A DNA stretch of 55,094 nucleotides from a bacterium (GTDB taxonomy: Bacteria > Patescibacteriota > Gracilibacteria > UM-FILTER-43-11): NCBI GenBank assembly GCA_030427295.1, contig JAUHWS010000002.1, positions 1 through 55,094 of the forward strand, written 5' to 3'. Numbering within the stretch: the stretch's first letter is position 1; each line of letters opens with the position of its first letter. Made by a program: the position numbers and the translations under genes. Under the pieces are notes generated by a model. It did no database searches, was not told the DNA's origin, and was given only the letters and a program-made list of their open reading frames with translations. Below are positions 52,525-55,094 of the stretch, piece by piece.

Positions 52525-53679
52525 TTGATTCTGCTGCTAGCCATCATTACGGCTACGATGAGTGAATTGGTTTCGGAGGCCTTGCAGTCATCTCGTCAAA
52601 TTGAATCGTCCGATCGAGCCTATTTTGCTGCCGAAGCAGGGGTTGAAAATGCGCTTTATGAATTGTCCGGTCATCAATCTGGCTATGGCACTCCCCCTTT
52701 AGATGAACTTGAGGTCAGGCAAGACGATTTTAATGGGGGCGTTCGCTGGGCCAATCAGTGGTCTGTTGATAGCTACACCAAAGACGGTTGTTTAGAAAAT
52801 GATTGGCAAAATGGTTTCTCCCCCACCTTGTGTGGCAAGTTAAAGGCAGGTCAAAAACTCCAATTGAGTCTTTTTAATGATGTGGCCAACCCCAATAATG
52901 TGGACGTGAATCAGGTGGGAGTGAGTGATGCAGCGATAGAGCGGCTTAATTTGAATCAACTCGAGATCAAATTTCGCTTGCCAAAAAATGTTGTGAGTAA
53001 CTCTGGCTTAAACGAACTCCAAATTGACAATGATGAAGATTATAACAAGATGACAGGAGAGGGGGCTAATGAAGACGGTGACGCCGGAACCTACGGAACG
53101 AATCCTTGTGATTATAGCGGTAATGTGGAGGTGGATGACAATGATTGTGACCAGCGTGAAGATGAAGATAGCCCTGAAGATCCTGTGATCATCTGGCGAG
53201 TGGCGGATGAAACAGGTCGCTCATTTCAACCCTTGAGAGGATGTAAGGGGGATGATCCTCACCCGGACCACAATGCTGAAAATGCGGGGCTGTGCGAAAA
53301 GAATTTCGCCAATGAGGGGGATGGCGAATTGTCTGTTGGGCTGAATTTGAGTGATCGGGGATGGACGGCTGACGGTACGATTCAAACCTTCCAGGAATTT
53401 ATTGATGACACGGCTTTGAACAGCACCCTTCAAATGGAACTATTGCTGGTGGCCCCCATGGTGGCTATCAATACTCAAGACCCTCCGGAGGAACGACAGA
53501 TTGCCATTCCTTATTATGAATACGGCATTGCCTATGATGCTGGTTTTTCTGAAATTCCAGACCCTTTTTTTACGATCCGTTCTGAAGGTTATTTTAGGGA
53601 TTTCAAACAATCGATCACCACCCGAGTCTTACCGGGTCAAACAACCCGCTTGCTGGATTTGACGATCATTCAACAATAA
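52525..53679 (+). CDS. PilX/GspK-like minor pilin. The true start is probably upstream (in-frame NNKGVSLAIAIG from about 52486).
   Basis: The hydrophobic N-terminus KGVSLAIAIGLILLLAIITATMSEL continues in frame upstream of the tracked TTG. The globular part is Asp-rich. Confidence 0.65.
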   Translation: MILLLAIITATMSELVSEALQSSRQIESSDRAYFAAEAGVENALYELSGHQSGYGTPPLDELEVRQDDFNGGVRWANQWSVDSYTKDGCLENDWQNGFSPTLCGKLKAGQKLQLSLFNDVANPNNVDVNQVGVSDAAIERLNLNQLEIKFRLPKNVVSNSGLNELQIDNDEDYNKMTGEGANEDGDAGTYGTNPCDYSGNVEVDDNDCDQREDEDSPEDPVIIWRVADETGRSFQPLRGCKGDDPHPDHNAENAGLCEKNFANEGDGELSVGLNLSDRGWTADGTIQTFQEFIDDTALNSTLQMELLLVAPMVAINTQDPPEERQIAIPYYEYGIAYDAGFSEIPDPFFTIRSEGYFRDFKQSITTRVLPGQTTRLLDLTIIQQ

Positions 53680-53706
53680 TTTTGTGAGTCGGTATGATGT
53701 GATTTT

Positions 53707-53734
53707 GTAGAGACGCAAGATTTTGCGTCTCTAC
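53707..53734. terminator. Perfect 12-bp hairpin between the convergent pilin and leuS genes
   Basis: GTAGAGACGCAA (53707-53718), GATT loop, TTGCGTCTCTAC (53723-53734). There is no clear U-tract on either strand. Confidence 0.5.
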
Positions 53735-53757
53735 CTAATTCTGAATACCGTACAAAA

Positions 53758-55094
53758 TTATTTCACCACAATATTGACCAACTTACCAGGCACGTAAATC
53801 TCTTTGACAATGTCTTTACCGTCGATGTTTCGTTGTACATTTTCGTCTTCGTGAGCCAGTTTGATGGCGTCCTCTTTCCCAATGGATTTTTCGACCTCTT
53901 TCTTACCCCGGACTTTTCCATTGACTGAGAAAACGAGCTCGAAAGTGTTGTCCACGGTGAGCGATTCGTCGTAAGTCGGCCAGGGTTCGTAGGCGAGGGT
54001 TTGGGAATGTCCCAGTTTTTCCCACAACTCTTCAGCCAGATGTGGGGCAAAGGGAGAGAGAATCAAGGCAAAGGGCTCCATGACGGATTTGGGGATGGCT
54101 TTTTCTTTCATCACTTCGTTGGCCAGAATCATCATGGCCGAGATGGCGGTGTTGAAGCTGAAATTTTCGATGTCCTCCGTGACTTTTTTGATGGTTTTGT
54201 GCAGGGTTTTATTCAATGATTCGGAAGGCGTTTCATCCACTACATTCCCCTCTTCGACGAGGCGATAGACTTTTTGGAGGAAGCGGTAGGCGCCCTCGAT
54301 AGACTTGGTGGACCAGGGCTTACTGTCTTCAAATGGTCCCATGAACATTTCGTAAACACGCAGAGTGTCCGCGCCGTAGCGGGTGATCACATCATCCGGA
54401 TTGATGACGTTGCCCAGGGATTTACTCATTTTTTCACCATCTTCCCCCATGATCAGGCCTTGATGACGGAGTTTTTGGAAAGGCTCATCAAAATCGATGT
54501 AACCATGTTGATGCAAGGCTTTGCAAATGAATCTGGCGTAAAGGAGATGGAGAACGGTGTGCTCGGCGCCTCCCACATAAAGGTCGACAGGACACCACTG
54601 ATTCATTAATTTTTTGTCGGCGAACACTTGGTTGTTGTGTGGATCAGCGTAGCGATAGAGGTACCACGAGGAGCAGACGAAGGTGTCCATGGTGTCTGAT
54701 TCTCGCTTCACAATCGTACGGTCTGGACCCAACTGACCACTGGCTTTTAGTTTTTCTTCAATGCGCTTGAGTTCATCGGCGTGGTGGAAAGTCTTGGAGT
54801 CTAGTAGAGGCGAGGTGCCAGTGGGTACAAAATCCACATCGGTGGGGAGAACCACCGGAAGTTCGTCGTCGGGGAGAGGGTAAGCCTTGTCTTGATCGTC
54901 GTAAACAAGTGGAATGGGGGCTCCCCAGTAACGCTGACGAGAAATGAGCCAGTCGCGGAGACGATAACTCGCTTTTCGTTTGGCGAAACCTTTTTTTTCA
55001 CAGTGTTGAATGACTTCTTTTCGAACGTCGCTGGCCACTCTGCCGTGAAATTCCTGAGGTTCTTTTAAGATTCCTTTTTGGGTATCAGTGTAGC
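53758..55094 (-). CDS. leuS: Leucine--tRNA ligase, C-terminal part (the 5' end lies beyond the window)
   Basis: KMSKS motif (EKMSKSLGN) and the conserved RQRYWG segment. The reading frame stays open to the window edge. Confidence 0.93.
   Translation of the reverse strand, partial: YTDTQKGILKEPQEFHGRVASDVRKEVIQHCEKKGFAKRKASYRLRDWLISRQRYWGAPIPLVYDDQDKAYPLPDDELPVVLPTDVDFVPTGTSPLLDSKTFHHADELKRIEEKLKASGQLGPDRTIVKRESDTMDTFVCSSWYLYRYADPHNNQVFADKKLMNQWCPVDLYVGGAEHTVLHLLYARFICKALHQHGYIDFDEPFQKLRHQGLIMGEDGEKMSKSLGNVINPDDVITRYGADTLRVYEMFMGPFEDSKPWSTKSIEGAYRFLQKVYRLVEEGNVVDETPSESLNKTLHKTIKKVTEDIENFSFNTAISAMMILANEVMKEKAIPKSVMEPFALILSPFAPHLAEELWEKLGHSQTLAYEPWPTYDESLTVDNTFELVFSVNGKVRGKKEVEKSIGKEDAIKLAHEDENVQRNIDGKDIVKEIYVPGKLVNIVVK

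Noticed and set aside
1-55094. Alternative genetic code (UGA or UAG reassignment, as in some uncultivated lineages)
   Set aside because: All conserved genes (uvrA, valS, dnaG, rpoD, ABC exporter, giant ORF) are full-length and uninterrupted under the standard code, and they terminate where homologues are expected to end.

Overview
This window looks like a chromosomal segment of an uncultivated bacterium, moderately AT-rich by eye. All long ORFs read cleanly under the standard genetic code. Most genes are housekeeping: uvrA, the ruvB-dnaG-rpoD-greA block, valS, rsmI, hpt, ruvA, pgi and a partial leuS. These are interspersed with envelope and secreted proteins: two SLH-domain proteins, a vWA lipoprotein, an M23 peptidase, four pseudopilins, a HAMP-PP2C phosphatase and a 1,966-aa membrane-anchored repeat protein. 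There is also a small metabolic/transport block (LLM oxidoreductase, SulP, ABC exporter, FAD monooxygenase). I found one tRNA (anticodon CAT) and no rRNA, CRISPR array, cas gene, transposase, integrase or reverse transcriptase. The most unusual signal is non-coding. Four intergenic loci (146-417, 3063-3290, 18574-18848, 45490-45720) share one architecture. Each carries exactly four 23-bp-phased units built around the palindrome GTATATAC, all in one orientation, bracketing a long imperfect hairpin whose sequence differs between loci. Two of these loci (at the window start and at 45.7 kb) also carry a conserved, strongly structured ~150-nt tail. Those two are inverted copies of each other 45 kb apart, each lying just 3' of an SLH gene. 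Many other intergenic regions hold hairpins or tracts built from tandem 7-14-nt words (TAGC, ATTCGT/ACGAAT and GAGTGGT families), including inverted word arrays around a four-helix-bundle (23S IVS-type) gene. Every functional interpretation of these elements is inference; no search or folding tool was run.
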